Virus record (IMG/VR): IMGVR_UViG_2895427314_000002
Coordinates: 1-64,000 of that record
Length of the DNA: 64,000 nt
Direction: 5' to 3' (one strand)
Source: a virus
Lineage: Duplodnaviria; Caudoviricetes
The notes beneath the pieces are model-generated. The model was given only the letters and a program-made list of their open reading frames with translations, did not search any database and was not told the origin of the DNA. A program made the translations under genes and the position numbers. Positions 1 to 9,582 of this stretch are shown piece by piece (the stretch's first letter is position 1; every line of letters starts with the position of its first letter).

Positions 1-348
1 GTGACCGGGCTGGAGCCGCTCGACCCGGGCGACGACGCGAGCGCCGAAGCCGTGGCTCGCCTGCTGGAACGAGCGCAAGAGCTGGGCCTGGATGAGCTGG
101 CCCTGGACCTGCTGGTCTACGACGCCACGAACGAGGTCGCCGCCGACCGTGTCAACGGTGGCGACTGGGACGACCCCACCTGGGACGACGCCTACGAGCG
201 CCTGCATAACGAGGCCGACAAGGAAGCCAGCGGCATCAACAACAACGGCCTCGCAGCCCAGCTGGCCTACCTGCTCGACGGGTACGGCGAGACGGAGCTC
301 GCGGCCATCCTGGGGCGCACAGCGGCGGTGGCCGATGAGCACGCTTGA
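1..348 (+). CDS. Hypothetical acidic protein (start at window edge)
   Basis: ORF track; GC3-rich codons; overlaps next gene start. Confidence 0.7.
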   Translation: MTGLEPLDPGDDASAEAVARLLERAQELGLDELALDLLVYDATNEVAADRVNGGDWDDPTWDDAYERLHNEADKEASGINNNGLAAQLAYLLDGYGETELAAILGRTAAVADEHA

Positions 349-640
349 GCCGCTCGAACCGGGGACGCGCGTCGTCTACTACGGGTCGCTGCCCGACCAG
401 TACGGCATCTGGACCGTCGTCGGGCCGTGCGGCCAGTGGGAGCACTGCGAACGCTGCGGCAAGGCCTTCGACGAGCTGTGGGAGCAGTGGTACTGGTCCC
501 TGACCCCACGCGACAAGGCCCGCGCGGGCGACCTGTTCGACCAGCAGTTCGGCCCCCTGTGGCCCCGCTACGAGCTGGAGCGCGCGGACGGCGAGGTGCT
601 GCTGTGCGTCCGCCGCTCCAGCCTCACCCCGACCACGTAA
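335..640 (+). CDS. Hypothetical phage protein
   Basis: ATG 335 (MSTLEPLEPGTRVVYYG) within track ORF 92..640. Confidence 0.7.
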   Translation: MSTLEPLEPGTRVVYYGSLPDQYGIWTVVGPCGQWEHCERCGKAFDELWEQWYWSLTPRDKARAGDLFDQQFGPLWPRYELERADGEVLLCVRRSSLTPTT

Positions 641-706
641 CCGCGCCCGGCGGGTGTGAAGCGCCACCGTCACCCCTGCCTCCACCACCACCACGAAGAG
701 GAAGCC

Positions 707-1327
707 ATGAACAAGCACCAGGACCTGCTCACCACGAAAGCGCTGCTGACCGGGTGGACTCTCACCAGCGGCGGCACCCCGCCCGCGGCCACGCTCACCC
801 GCGACGCGTGGTCGATCCTCATCCTCTACAGCGGCGACATCCCGGACACCGCCAGCCTGCTGCCACCCGGCCGCGCCGACTACGACACCATCCCCGTGGA
901 CGACGTCGATCGGTGGATGAAGTGCAGCCGCGAGGAGATGACCCTGCACACGATCGGTGAGCGCGTCACCGTAGGTGGCAGGGTCGGGACCGTCGTCGGC
1001 TTCCGGCTGGAGGACCGGCCTCCGGCGGCCGGCCCGTGGCGGTTCCGGCTCCAGGTCGTGTACGACGACGGCGTGGACGGCGACCCCCGCCCGGCCAGCG
1101 CCGTCCACCTCTCGCCGGCCCCGGCCGCGGCGGGTGAGTGCGCGGGCTGGCAGTGCGAGGACCTCGGCACCCGCATGTGCCTGGTCCGCGAGTACACCCG
1201 CGACGCCAGCGCGCCCCTGAAGCGGAAGCCGCTGTGCGAGTACCACGCCGAGTACGGAGACCGGCGGCTGACCGTCGTCCGGGTCCTGCACCAGATCCCT
1301 ACGCCCGTCGTCTCCGAGGAGGTCTAA
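707..1327 (+). CDS. Hypothetical protein with C-terminal Cys/His motif
   Basis: RBS GAAGAGGA before ATG 707; C-x4-C...LCEYH. Confidence 0.75.
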   Translation: MNKHQDLLTTKALLTGWTLTSGGTPPAATLTRDAWSILILYSGDIPDTASLLPPGRADYDTIPVDDVDRWMKCSREEMTLHTIGERVTVGGRVGTVVGFRLEDRPPAAGPWRFRLQVVYDDGVDGDPRPASAVHLSPAPAAAGECAGWQCEDLGTRMCLVREYTRDASAPLKRKPLCEYHAEYGDRRLTVVRVLHQIPTPVVSEEV

Positions 1328-1331
1328 ACCG

Positions 1332-1907
1332 ATGACCGTGATTCCTGTGCTGCCCGAGCTGCCCACGGGCGGCTACCGCACCACAGAGCACCTCCCGTCC
1401 GAGGTGCTCAACAGCGAGCCGTACCGGCGGCCGGGCGCCGTCCTCACCTACCCGACCACGATCACCACCGAGACCCGGCCCTGGCGGACCGAGCCGGTGC
1501 GCGCCACGCTCACCGTCGTGCACGTCGAGGGCTGCCAGGTGCTCGCGCAGGTGCCCGCCGATCAGCGCGGCCAGTGGACCGGGACCGGCGAGGACATGCA
1601 CTTCGCCATGCGGTTCGGCCCCACCGAGGAGTTCACCTGGTGTGAGGCGTGCATGTCGCACCGGCTGTGCCATGTGGTTCTGCCGTCTGGGGAGCGCCGC
1701 TACCGCCCGGCCGCCCCTGTCGGGGTCTCTCACCAGGGAGATCCGGCATGGCCCAGGTTCGCCGTCGCGGCTACTGGCGAGGACGGCGGCTGGTACGTCG
1801 CCACCTGGACGGTGGCGCTGGCCGAAGCCGAGTTCATCGCGCAGGGCTGGCCGACGATGGCCGTGGTCCTCGACCCCGGCCAATGGCCGTCCGAGGAAGC
1901 GGCATGA
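1332..1907 (+). CDS. Hypothetical phage protein
   Basis: RBS GAGGAGG; ATGA overlap with next gene. Confidence 0.75.
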   Translation: MTVIPVLPELPTGGYRTTEHLPSEVLNSEPYRRPGAVLTYPTTITTETRPWRTEPVRATLTVVHVEGCQVLAQVPADQRGQWTGTGEDMHFAMRFGPTEEFTWCEACMSHRLCHVVLPSGERRYRPAAPVGVSHQGDPAWPRFAVAATGEDGGWYVATWTVALAEAEFIAQGWPTMAVVLDPGQWPSEEAA

Positions 1908-2350
1908 CGGACCTGCTCACCGACGCGCCGGAGCTGACCCCGGCCGACCTGATCCGCGACGCCATCGAGCTGATGCGCACCACGTGGCGGGTGCGCGGCG
2001 ACTTCGTCATCGGCCGCCTCACCACCAGCTACGGTTTCTGCCCGATGGGCGCGATCAGCGCGATCGCCGGGGACGTGTTCGTGAGCGGCAGGCCCACCGT
2101 CCGCGTGCCGCTCGTCCGGCACACGGCTGCCTGGCTGGTTTCCTTCCACCGGTTGCCTCGCTGCCGGGAGGAACGGGAGAAGAACCGCAGTATCCCGCGC
2201 CTGGCGTACATGCGAGTGGCCGAATGGACCGACACGTTCACCGAAGCCCAAGACGACGACTTGTACGCCGCCCTGGAGGCCGCCGCCACGGCGTGGCAGC
2301 CCTCCACAACCAAGGTTGGCGCTACCGCCAACAGAAAGAGGAAATCATGA
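1904..2350 (+). CDS. DUF6197-like phage protein
   Basis: LIRDAIELM...FCPMGAI...EWTD pattern, shared with 17203 and 28224. Confidence 0.55.
   Translation: MTDLLTDAPELTPADLIRDAIELMRTTWRVRGDFVIGRLTTSYGFCPMGAISAIAGDVFVSGRPTVRVPLVRHTAAWLVSFHRLPRCREEREKNRSIPRLAYMRVAEWTDTFTEAQDDDLYAALEAAATAWQPSTTKVGATANRKRKS
2315..2332. promoter_or_regulatory. 18-bp palindrome GTTGGCG-CTAC-CGCCAAC
   Basis: Perfect copy just before RBS of 2347. Confidence 0.8.
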
Positions 2351-2856
2351 CCAACACCCAGCACCCCACTCCGGCCCGCCCCACGGTGGAAGCCGTCCGG
2401 GCATGGCGGGCCTTCGACCTCATCACCGCCGCCGACGAAACCCGGCAACCAGAACTCGCATGGGATCAGCACTCGTACCGCACCGAGTGCGGCACCGGCT
2501 GCTGCTACGCGGGCCACCTCGCCATCGACAACGGCGGCGTGTGGCTGATCACCATCACCCCGGACGCCATGCTCATCGACGGCACGCCCATCGACCCCAC
2601 CGCGCTGGACACGGACCACGACCCGTGGCAGTACCTGATCGCCGAGCCCGCCGACCCGGAGCACGCCATCGAGGAGACGCACGGCAAGCGCGTCATCCAC
2701 GTGTCCGCGAGGGCAGATCGCCTCCTGGGCCTGTCCTCCGCCGAGCACATCCTCTACGACGGCTCGAACACCAGGCCGAAGCTGGAGGAACTCATCACAC
2801 GCCGCTTCGGTCCCCGCCCCATGCTTGTTGGCGCTCACGCCAACGAAGGGAGCTGA
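2347..2856 (+). CDS. Phage protein with WDQ...CGTxxCxAG motif
   Basis: WDQHSYRTECGTGCCYAGH; RBS AAGAGGA. Confidence 0.75.
   Translation: MTNTQHPTPARPTVEAVRAWRAFDLITAADETRQPELAWDQHSYRTECGTGCCYAGHLAIDNGGVWLITITPDAMLIDGTPIDPTALDTDHDPWQYLIAEPADPEHAIEETHGKRVIHVSARADRLLGLSSAEHILYDGSNTRPKLEELITRRFGPRPMLVGAHANEGS
2827..2844. promoter_or_regulatory. 18-bp palindrome GTTGGCG-CTCA-CGCCAAC
   Basis: Perfect copy before RBS of next gene. Confidence 0.8.
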
Positions 2857-2861
2857 TCGTG

Positions 2862-3383
2862 ATGCTGGAAACTGCCCGCCTGCGCAACCGGCCTCTCCTG
2901 GCCGCCATCATCGCGCGGATCCAGAACGACACCGCCGCCCTGGAGCGCCCGTCCGAGGCCCCCTCCGACGAGTCCTTCACCGCCTGGCAGCAGTGCTTCT
3001 GGCGCGAGTTCCTCACCCACGAAGGGCGCTGCGGCACGGCCCTGTGCGTGGCGGGCTACGCCATCGAGCTGACCGGCGGCAAGTGGCTGACCACTCGCAC
3101 CCAGGAGGGCCTGTTCCTCGCCGGTGAACTCCTTCCCAACCACACGACGTACTGGTGGCTCGAATACGTCCTGGCCGACGAGACCGACCCCGAGAGCGAG
3201 GTCACCGTCATCGAGGGGCATCGCGCGGTTCAGGCGAAGGACCGTGCGATGCGGCTGCTCGGCCTCGAACCCACCCGGCACGACGAGGACCAGGACGAGG
3301 ACGACTCCGACCTGCACCCGCTGTTCCGAGGTGGCAACACCCTCGACGACCTGCGGGCGTGGCTGGGCCGCCTCCCTGACTGA
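2862..3383 (+). CDS. Paralog of 2347 (WxQ...CGTALCVAG)
   Basis: WQQCFW...CGTALCVAGYA; C-terminus similar to the upstream gene. Confidence 0.75.
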   Translation: MLETARLRNRPLLAAIIARIQNDTAALERPSEAPSDESFTAWQQCFWREFLTHEGRCGTALCVAGYAIELTGGKWLTTRTQEGLFLAGELLPNHTTYWWLEYVLADETDPESEVTVIEGHRAVQAKDRAMRLLGLEPTRHDEDQDEDDSDLHPLFRGGNTLDDLRAWLGRLPD

Positions 3384-3393
3384 CCTCCATCCC

Positions 3394-3420
3394 GGCTGGC
3401 CCGCACGGCGCGGGCCAGCC
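3394..3420 (+). terminator. GC-rich hairpin
   Basis: GGCTGGCCCGC/GCGGGCCAGCC after stop 3383. Confidence 0.5.
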
Positions 3421-3452
3421 ACCCCACCACCACCACGAGCAGGAGGACCGCC

Positions 3453-4706
3453 ATGTGGCGAACCGAGATGACCGACGAGGAACAAGCCGCCTGGAAAGCC
3501 CGCAAGGACGCCGGCCGCGCCCGCGCGTACGAGGCCGAGCTGCAGATCGCCGCCCTGCTGCGCGACCACCCAGACGCGATCGACGGATTCCGCCGCTTCT
3601 GTGGGTGGATGGGCGGCTTCTACTCCATCCGCAACTGCCTGCGTATCTATGGCCAGAATCCACAAGTCGCCCACGTCCAGCCGCGCCGCTTCTGGGGAGG
3701 CTACGGCTTCGGCCGCGAGGTCATCGACCCCGGTACCGCGATCTGGGTCGTCGCCCCGAAGGTGGAGCGGACGTTCACCAAGGAGGTCCCGAACAAGGAG
3801 ACCGGCAAGACCGAGGAGGTCGAAGACTCCTACAAGATCTGGCCTATCGAGGACATCTACCCCGCGCAGGCAACCGCTCCCAAAGGGGGACCATGCGTGT
3901 TCTGCGACGGTCCCGAGGGTGAACCGTGCCCCGAGTCGTGCCCTGTACGGCAGCCGCAGGCCGGGCCGCCGCCGACACGGGAGGACGTCGCGGAAGCGCT
4001 GGCCAAATCCCTCAAGAACACTGGCGGGTTCGACCCCTCAGTGCTGGCCACGCTTGGACCGGACCCGTTACAGGATGACTACGGCGACCCCCATGAGAGC
4101 CTCGGCATCACCTGGGACACCCTCAAGCTCACCATGGGCACGAAGAAGCGCACCTACCGCTACCTGGTCACGGTCGATCTCGACCGCCCTGGTGCCCGCT
4201 TCGCCATCGCCAACCTCGGGGCCATCTGGATCGGCCCGTACTCGCTGCGTCGCGATCAGGGCGGCGACGACGGGGTCGTCGTCCAGTACGGCGATGACGT
4301 GCCCGCCGCCGAGCGGCATTGGGACAGCCGCCGTCACCAGGCCGGGCCGCACGCTCCCACCATTAACGCCATCACGTTCGCCGGGACGTCGATCGTGTAC
4401 CCGTCCAGAGAGCAGTGGAGGTGGTTCTCCCCGTACCGCGCGGGAGGCGGCACCGTGCCCGAGAAGACGGCGGAGCGGATGAGCCAGATCATCCGGCAGC
4501 TCCTGCCGCACTACCGGGGCCTGGTCGAGTACGACGCGATCGAGGAGGCCGGGTTCCGGCAGCGTGCGGCGCGGCGGGCGCGTGAGGCGGAGCAGGAGGT
4601 GAGGCGGCTCGCCGAGCGCGAGCAGCAGGTGGCCGAGCACCGGGCTGACGCTGAGCGGCGCGCGGCCGAGCACCGCCACCAGGCCGCCCACCCGAACGAG
4701 CTGTAG
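3453..4706 (+). CDS. ArdC-like N-terminal ssDNA-binding (anti-restriction) domain protein
   Basis: FYSIRNCLRIYGQNPQVAHV..RFW...GREV...AIWVVAP fits the ArdC/DUF1738 pattern YSxxNxxLIxxQxPxAxxVxxFxxWxxxGRxV. Confidence 0.65.
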   Translation: MWRTEMTDEEQAAWKARKDAGRARAYEAELQIAALLRDHPDAIDGFRRFCGWMGGFYSIRNCLRIYGQNPQVAHVQPRRFWGGYGFGREVIDPGTAIWVVAPKVERTFTKEVPNKETGKTEEVEDSYKIWPIEDIYPAQATAPKGGPCVFCDGPEGEPCPESCPVRQPQAGPPPTREDVAEALAKSLKNTGGFDPSVLATLGPDPLQDDYGDPHESLGITWDTLKLTMGTKKRTYRYLVTVDLDRPGARFAIANLGAIWIGPYSLRRDQGGDDGVVVQYGDDVPAAERHWDSRRHQAGPHAPTINAITFAGTSIVYPSREQWRWFSPYRAGGGTVPEKTAERMSQIIRQLLPHYRGLVEYDAIEEAGFRQRAARRAREAEQEVRRLAEREQQVAEHRADAERRAAEHRHQAAHPNEL

Positions 4707-4707
4707 C

Positions 4708-4736
4708 GCGCGAGCCCGCCGATATCGGGCTCGCGC
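4708..4736. terminator. Hairpin terminator
   Basis: GCGCGAGCCCG/CGGGCTCGCGC immediately after stop 4706. Confidence 0.6.
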
Positions 4737-4739
4737 ACA

Positions 4740-4776
4740 CCGATCGTACGGCCCCGCCACCGCGGCGGGGCCATCC
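4740..4776. repeat. Imperfect direct repeat copy 1 (CCGATCGTACG plus GC hairpin)
   Basis: Near-identical to 5543..5583. Confidence 0.75.
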
Positions 4777-4801
4777 TGGAATCAGCAGAGGGAGCAACCC
4801 C

Positions 4802-5275
4802 GTGAAGACCGCAGCAATCGCCGTGGCGACAATCCTCCTCGCCGCCGATCCCGCAGGATGCGGCGCCAAGGGCACCACCACCGACCCGTACAAGCCCGGC
4901 GCGCTGGGCTGCAACCGCGCGGTCCACGTCGAGGCCGTCCGCATCGGCTCGGCCGAGCCTCGCGTCCGCGTCCTGGTCAACGAGGCGTGCACCAACCCCT
5001 CCGGCATCGCCACCCAGTTGCTCTCCATCACCCTGGAGTACCGGGAGACGTTCGGCGCCCCCTGGCTGGCCATCGATAGCGAGAAATTCCCGAACGTCGC
5101 CCCGGACCACCGGTACGTGCTGACCCACCACCCGTGCCTGTCCGGCCGCTACCGGGCCAAGGTCGGCGTCGCGGGCACGTTCGACACCGGCAAGGAGTAC
5201 CGGGCGTCGGTCGAGGAGTCCGCACGGATTAACTGCGACAAGCCGCGCGACATCGCCTCGTACGAGGACAGCTAG
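4802..5275 (+). CDS. Secreted protein / possible lipoprotein
   Basis: MKTAAIAVATILLAADPAGC signal-like N-terminus; several Cys. Confidence 0.7.
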   Translation: MKTAAIAVATILLAADPAGCGAKGTTTDPYKPGALGCNRAVHVEAVRIGSAEPRVRVLVNEACTNPSGIATQLLSITLEYRETFGAPWLAIDSEKFPNVAPDHRYVLTHHPCLSGRYRAKVGVAGTFDTGKEYRASVEESARINCDKPRDIASYEDS

Positions 5276-5538
5276 CAGGGCCGCCACCAGCGGCGACGAG
5301 CGGCGCGGGCGCGGAAACGCGCCTCGCCGTCCGGGTCGCCACCGTACGGGCACCGCACCCGCAGACGGGGATGCGGCGGCACGACGCCGACCGCCCAGTG
5401 CGAAGCCGCCTCGGCCGCGCCACGGCTGATGTTGCACGTGGCGTACGCGGGCGGCTCGTCACGGTCCGGCATCTCGCCCGGCCACACACCCCAGCCGTCC
5501 CCCCACCAGGCGACCGTCCACACCTGCACGTCATCCAC
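5272..5538 (-). CDS. Small Trp-rich protein, probably leaderless
   Basis: GTG 5538 lies 7 nt after a minus-strand TACGAT; 88 aa VDDVQVWTVAWWGDGWGVWPG... Confidence 0.5.
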   Translation of the reverse strand: MDDVQVWTVAWWGDGWGVWPGEMPDRDEPPAYATCNISRGAAEAASHWAVGVVPPHPRLRVRCPYGGDPDGEARFRARAARRRWWRPC

Positions 5539-5542
5539 GCAT

Positions 5543-5583
5543 CCGATCGTACGACCCCGCCCACCAGCGAGCGGGGCCATTCC
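5543..5583. repeat. Imperfect direct repeat copy 2
   Basis: CCGATCGTACGACCCCGC...GCGGGGCCATTCC. Confidence 0.75.
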
Positions 5584-5610
5584 AGCTACGTCACGAAAGG
5601 CAGGAGAGCA

Positions 5611-6225
5611 GTGGCCAACGCTGCGATCCCCATCCATCTGGCCAACGCGCCCACGCACAACGGGATGGTCATCCCGTACATCGCCCTCCGGCACGCCGAC
5701 GGCACCCCCGAGTTCGGGCAGATCGACCACAACCGCGTCGCCGAATGCCTCACCGGCCGTCTCTGCCAGCTCTGCGCCCAGGAACTCGCCGACGCCGCGG
5801 TCCTCATGGCCCGGCCGCAGGACTTCGGCGCCGGATACACCCCCGAACCCGCTCAGCACCCCGAGTGCGCCGCCTACTCAATCAGAGCCTGCCCCATGCT
5901 GTCGGGCCGGCTGCACCGCCACCGCGACCGGACCCGGCCGCAGCGGCGCCAGTGCACGATGGCGGCGGGGTGCTGGTGCGGCCAGCCGTACGAGCCCGAC
6001 ACCGACGCCATCGTCCGCTCCGGCCGGGCCGCGACGCCGTGGTACTCGGTGCGGTTCCCGATGGACGAGTACAGCCTGGAGATGTCGGCCAGGAAGGGGC
6101 CGCGCGGCATCTCGCTCGCCCTCGTCAACGCGAAGATCCGACTCGTCGCATGGGGTGACCCCGACCAAGCCGATCTGGGCCGCGTCCTGGTGTACGGCCT
6201 GCCGATCCCCGGAGCGCCGAGCTGA
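5611..6225 (+). CDS. Conserved actinophage Cys/His-rich (Zn-binding) protein
   Basis: LCQLC...EPAQHPECAAYSIRACPML; RBS AGGAG. Confidence 0.75.
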   Translation: MANAAIPIHLANAPTHNGMVIPYIALRHADGTPEFGQIDHNRVAECLTGRLCQLCAQELADAAVLMARPQDFGAGYTPEPAQHPECAAYSIRACPMLSGRLHRHRDRTRPQRRQCTMAAGCWCGQPYEPDTDAIVRSGRAATPWYSVRFPMDEYSLEMSARKGPRGISLALVNAKIRLVAWGDPDQADLGRVLVYGLPIPGAPS

Positions 6226-7409
6226 TGTACGTCGTCGTCTCCTACGGCATGGGCGCGGACTCGACCGCGCTCCTCGTGGAATGGCTCGAACGGCCAGCCT
6301 CACGCCCTCGGGAACTACTGCCGGACCTGTCGAACCTCATCGTCATCACCGCACAGCCCGGCCAGGAATGGGTCGAGACGGCCATGCTGGTCGAGCAGCA
6401 CATCTACCCCCTCCTGGCCAAACACCGAGTCCGCATGGTGCAGGTCGCCCGCGCCGGCCCGTACGAGCGCGACGGCATCGTGGTCCTAGACGACACCCGC
6501 GAGCCGATCCTGTGCCTCACCACCGGCGGTACCTACACTCTGCCCGGCGAGATGACCAGCAACGCGACCGTGCCACAGTCCGGCGGCCGACGAACGCATT
6601 CGATCAAGTTCAAAGGCTGGGCCATCGACCAGTGGATGACGCAGACCATTGGTGACGAGCCGTACATCCACGTTCTCGGCTACGAGGCCAACGAACTGGA
6701 ACGCGTGCTGCGTGACGGGCCGCTCGGGCTTCCGAACCGCATCCCCATCTATCCGCTCGTCACCTGGGGGTGGGATCGGGACGACTGCGAGTGGTTCCTG
6801 TGGGACCACTTCAAGGTCTGGTGGCCCAAGTCAGCGTGCGTGGCCTGCCCCTTCTCCTTCTCCCTCGGCAGCCGGGCAGAGTCGATCCGCCGCTTCCAGC
6901 GCAACCCCCACCAAGGAGTCGAAGCGCTCGTCATGGAATACCTCGCCGTTGCCGTCAACCCGCTCCAGGGACTGCTCGCGGGCAAACAGTTGTATCACCT
7001 GCTCGCCTCCACGCCGGGCAGCGGTCCGCTTCTGGCTCTATTCGAGCAGCAGCTCAACGACATGCCGTGGGCTGTGTACGACGTGCGGCGCGCGTACGCC
7101 GCGAGAGGCGGAGACCACACCAAGCGCGGCACCACCCGCCGGAGTCTCGCGCGGCTTGCGGTCGGCAGCCGCGCCGAAACGGTCGCGCGCCTCGAACGCG
7201 CCGCGCATCTGCGCGGGTGCCGCCTCGACATTGGCAGCGATGGCCGGTTCCGCCGGGTGTGGTGGCGCCATCGCGAGCTGTTCTATCCCACCGCCCAGCA
7301 CCTGCTCACGGCAGGCCCGGACCTCGCCGACGACAAGACGCTGCCCGCCTTCGCCGAAGCGTGGCGGGCCGGCCTGCGTGGCGCCCCTCAACTCTCTCTC
7401 GCGATCTGA
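6225..7409 (+). CDS. PP-loop (adenine nucleotide alpha-hydrolase / PAPS-reductase-like) protein
   Basis: VVSYGMGADSTALL PP-loop; YPLVTWGWDRDDC and KSACVACPF motifs. Confidence 0.7.
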   Translation: MYVVVSYGMGADSTALLVEWLERPASRPRELLPDLSNLIVITAQPGQEWVETAMLVEQHIYPLLAKHRVRMVQVARAGPYERDGIVVLDDTREPILCLTTGGTYTLPGEMTSNATVPQSGGRRTHSIKFKGWAIDQWMTQTIGDEPYIHVLGYEANELERVLRDGPLGLPNRIPIYPLVTWGWDRDDCEWFLWDHFKVWWPKSACVACPFSFSLGSRAESIRRFQRNPHQGVEALVMEYLAVAVNPLQGLLAGKQLYHLLASTPGSGPLLALFEQQLNDMPWAVYDVRRAYAARGGDHTKRGTTRRSLARLAVGSRAETVARLERAAHLRGCRLDIGSDGRFRRVWWRHRELFYPTAQHLLTAGPDLADDKTLPAFAEAWRAGLRGAPQLSLAI

Positions 7410-7421
7410 CCGGAGGCCCTC

Positions 7422-7595
7422 ATGACATGCCACCACCTGTTCCATCACCCACAGACCTCCACCGAGCGGGACGCGATCGTCCAGCAGTTGAACTACTGCC
7501 GCAGCATCGGCGACGGCCAGGGCGTGCTGGTCGCGCTCGTCCAGCTCACCGAGCCCTGCTCCTCGCCGGAGTCGGACGATGAGGGGGCCGAATGA
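7422..7595 (+). CDS. 57-aa hypothetical protein (not in ORF track)
   Basis: RBS GGAGG, ATG 7422 MTCHHLFHHP..., ATGA overlap with methyltransferase start. Confidence 0.6.
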   Translation: MTCHHLFHHPQTSTERDAIVQQLNYCRSIGDGQGVLVALVQLTEPCSSPESDDEGAE

Positions 7596-9580
7596 GCCGC
7601 CGCGTCAAGCAGAAGCCGCGCCGCACCGCATCCCATCGCCCGGCCGTGCACAAGCGCCGATTCCGCCACGACGAGTTAATCGCGTGCGACCTCTTCTCCG
7701 GGTTCGGAGGGCTCACGAAGGGAGCCGAACTCGCGGGGTTCACCACGATCGTCGCGGCGAACCACAATGAGTACAAGGTCTACGTCCACGAGGCCAACAA
7801 CCCGACTGCCGAGCACTGGATCGCGGATCTGGTGGACCCGGAGTCCTCCGACTACCACTCCGTCCGCGACCTTCCCCCCGCTGATCTTCTGCTTGCGGGC
7901 GTGTCCTGTGTGAACCACTCGCAGGCCAACACCAAGAAGGCGTACGAGCAGGGCCTTGCGCTGTTCGAGCTCGACGACCCCGAGTTCGAGGAACGGGTAA
8001 CACGGTCGGAGCGCGACCGGGCCACGGCCAACTGCGCGCTCCACTACGCCGCCGAGCATCACCCTCGGATGATCCTCATCGAGTGCACCACCGAGCTCTT
8101 CTCATGGGGGCCGGCGGTGCCGGGCAAGAAGTACGGCGACGGCACCACCTACAAGTGGTGGCTCAAGCAGTTTGGGCTGCTGGGCTACAAGGGCAGGGTG
8201 CTCTACCTGAACTCGATGTTCTTCGACGTCCCGCAGTCCCGCGACCGGGGCTACTGGATCTTCTGCGACAAGCGCCTGCCCACCCCGGACCTGGACCACC
8301 GGCCCGAGTCGTGGTGCAGCTTCGAGGGCAAGATCGTACAAGCTGTATGGACGTGGAAGACCGGCATCCCGCCCACCGGCAGCGTCCGCTACGGCAAGCA
8401 GTACGAGTACCGGTGCCCCTCTTGTCGGCGGATCGTGATCCCGCCGTACGCCCCGTCGATCAACGCGCTCGACCTCTCCAACCTGGGCACGAAGATTGGT
8501 GACCGGCCGCTCAAGGAGTTCACGGACAAGAAGACCGGCAAGACCATCATGAGCCGGCTCGCACCCTCCACCATGGCTCGCGCCGAGCGGTGCAGGCAGA
8601 AGTTCGCCGAGTTCCCCGCAGTGCTCATGCCCGCTAAGGCCGCGCACGGGTCCGAGCGCCACCCGTGGCAGCCTCTCTCGACGCAGACCAGTCAGCAGGA
8701 GACGGCTGTCCTCTCGACGGGCACGCTCATCGCCGCCGCGGGCAACACTTACGAGCGGCCGGGTTCCGACTGTCGCACGCGTGACCTGAGCGAACCGCTG
8801 CCGTCTCAGACCGGAACCAACACGCAGGCGCTGCTCACACCCCCGGTTGCCCTGACAGGGCAAGTGATGGCCGCGCACCGGCACAACGGCGACGGCCAGC
8901 ACATTACTCAGCCGATGGACACCGTCACGACCACGCACGAGAAAGCGGTCCTGCTCGCCGCCGTGGACAACTTCCAGGGCGGACCGCGCGGTCTGGATGA
9001 GGCGCTGCCTACGCAGGTCGGCTCGGAGACGCTGGCGCTGCTCTCGGCCGGTGTCGTTCCGTTCCGGCAGAACACCCTTCCGACGTCGCACGCCGAAGCG
9101 ATGCCGACCGTCACGTCCGATCAGGTGCCAGGGCTGCTCATGGCGGCTGGCCAGATCCAGTTCAACCAGGGCATCGATCGGCGGGTGGCAGGCGTGGACC
9201 AGCCGCTCAAGACCGTCATCGCAGACAACACCATGGCCCTGCTTTTCTCCGGCTGGTACAAGGAGAACGGCAAGACCGCTCCGCACCCCCTGAGCGACGC
9301 GCTCGGAACGGTCACCGCCCACGACACGACGGCGCTCCTCCACGCCCAATGGACCGAGGTCCTCGCGAACCTGAAGCTGGAGGACTGCTACCTCCGCATG
9401 ATGCTCAAGGAGGAGGTCGGGGCTGGGTGCGGCTTCGACGTCAGCCTCGGCAACCACGAAGGCACCTTCATCGTCTGGGGTTCCGCACGCGACCAGATCG
9501 ACGGTTACGGCAACGCCGTCAGCCCGGCGGTCGGCCGGTGGATCTGCGACCGACTCCGCATCGCCCTTCACGGCGCCTAA
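7592..9580 (+). CDS. DNA cytosine-5 methyltransferase with long repetitive variable region
   Basis: Motif I DLFSGFGG, IV GVSC, VI IECT, VIII PQSRDR, X YGNAV. Confidence 0.9.
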   Translation: MSRRVKQKPRRTASHRPAVHKRRFRHDELIACDLFSGFGGLTKGAELAGFTTIVAANHNEYKVYVHEANNPTAEHWIADLVDPESSDYHSVRDLPPADLLLAGVSCVNHSQANTKKAYEQGLALFELDDPEFEERVTRSERDRATANCALHYAAEHHPRMILIECTTELFSWGPAVPGKKYGDGTTYKWWLKQFGLLGYKGRVLYLNSMFFDVPQSRDRGYWIFCDKRLPTPDLDHRPESWCSFEGKIVQAVWTWKTGIPPTGSVRYGKQYEYRCPSCRRIVIPPYAPSINALDLSNLGTKIGDRPLKEFTDKKTGKTIMSRLAPSTMARAERCRQKFAEFPAVLMPAKAAHGSERHPWQPLSTQTSQQETAVLSTGTLIAAAGNTYERPGSDCRTRDLSEPLPSQTGTNTQALLTPPVALTGQVMAAHRHNGDGQHITQPMDTVTTTHEKAVLLAAVDNFQGGPRGLDEALPTQVGSETLALLSAGVVPFRQNTLPTSHAEAMPTVTSDQVPGLLMAAGQIQFNQGIDRRVAGVDQPLKTVIADNTMALLFSGWYKENGKTAPHPLSDALGTVTAHDTTALLHAQWTEVLANLKLEDCYLRMMLKEEVGAGCGFDVSLGNHEGTFIVWGSARDQIDGYGNAVSPAVGRWICDRLRIALHGA

Positions 9581-9582
9581 AG

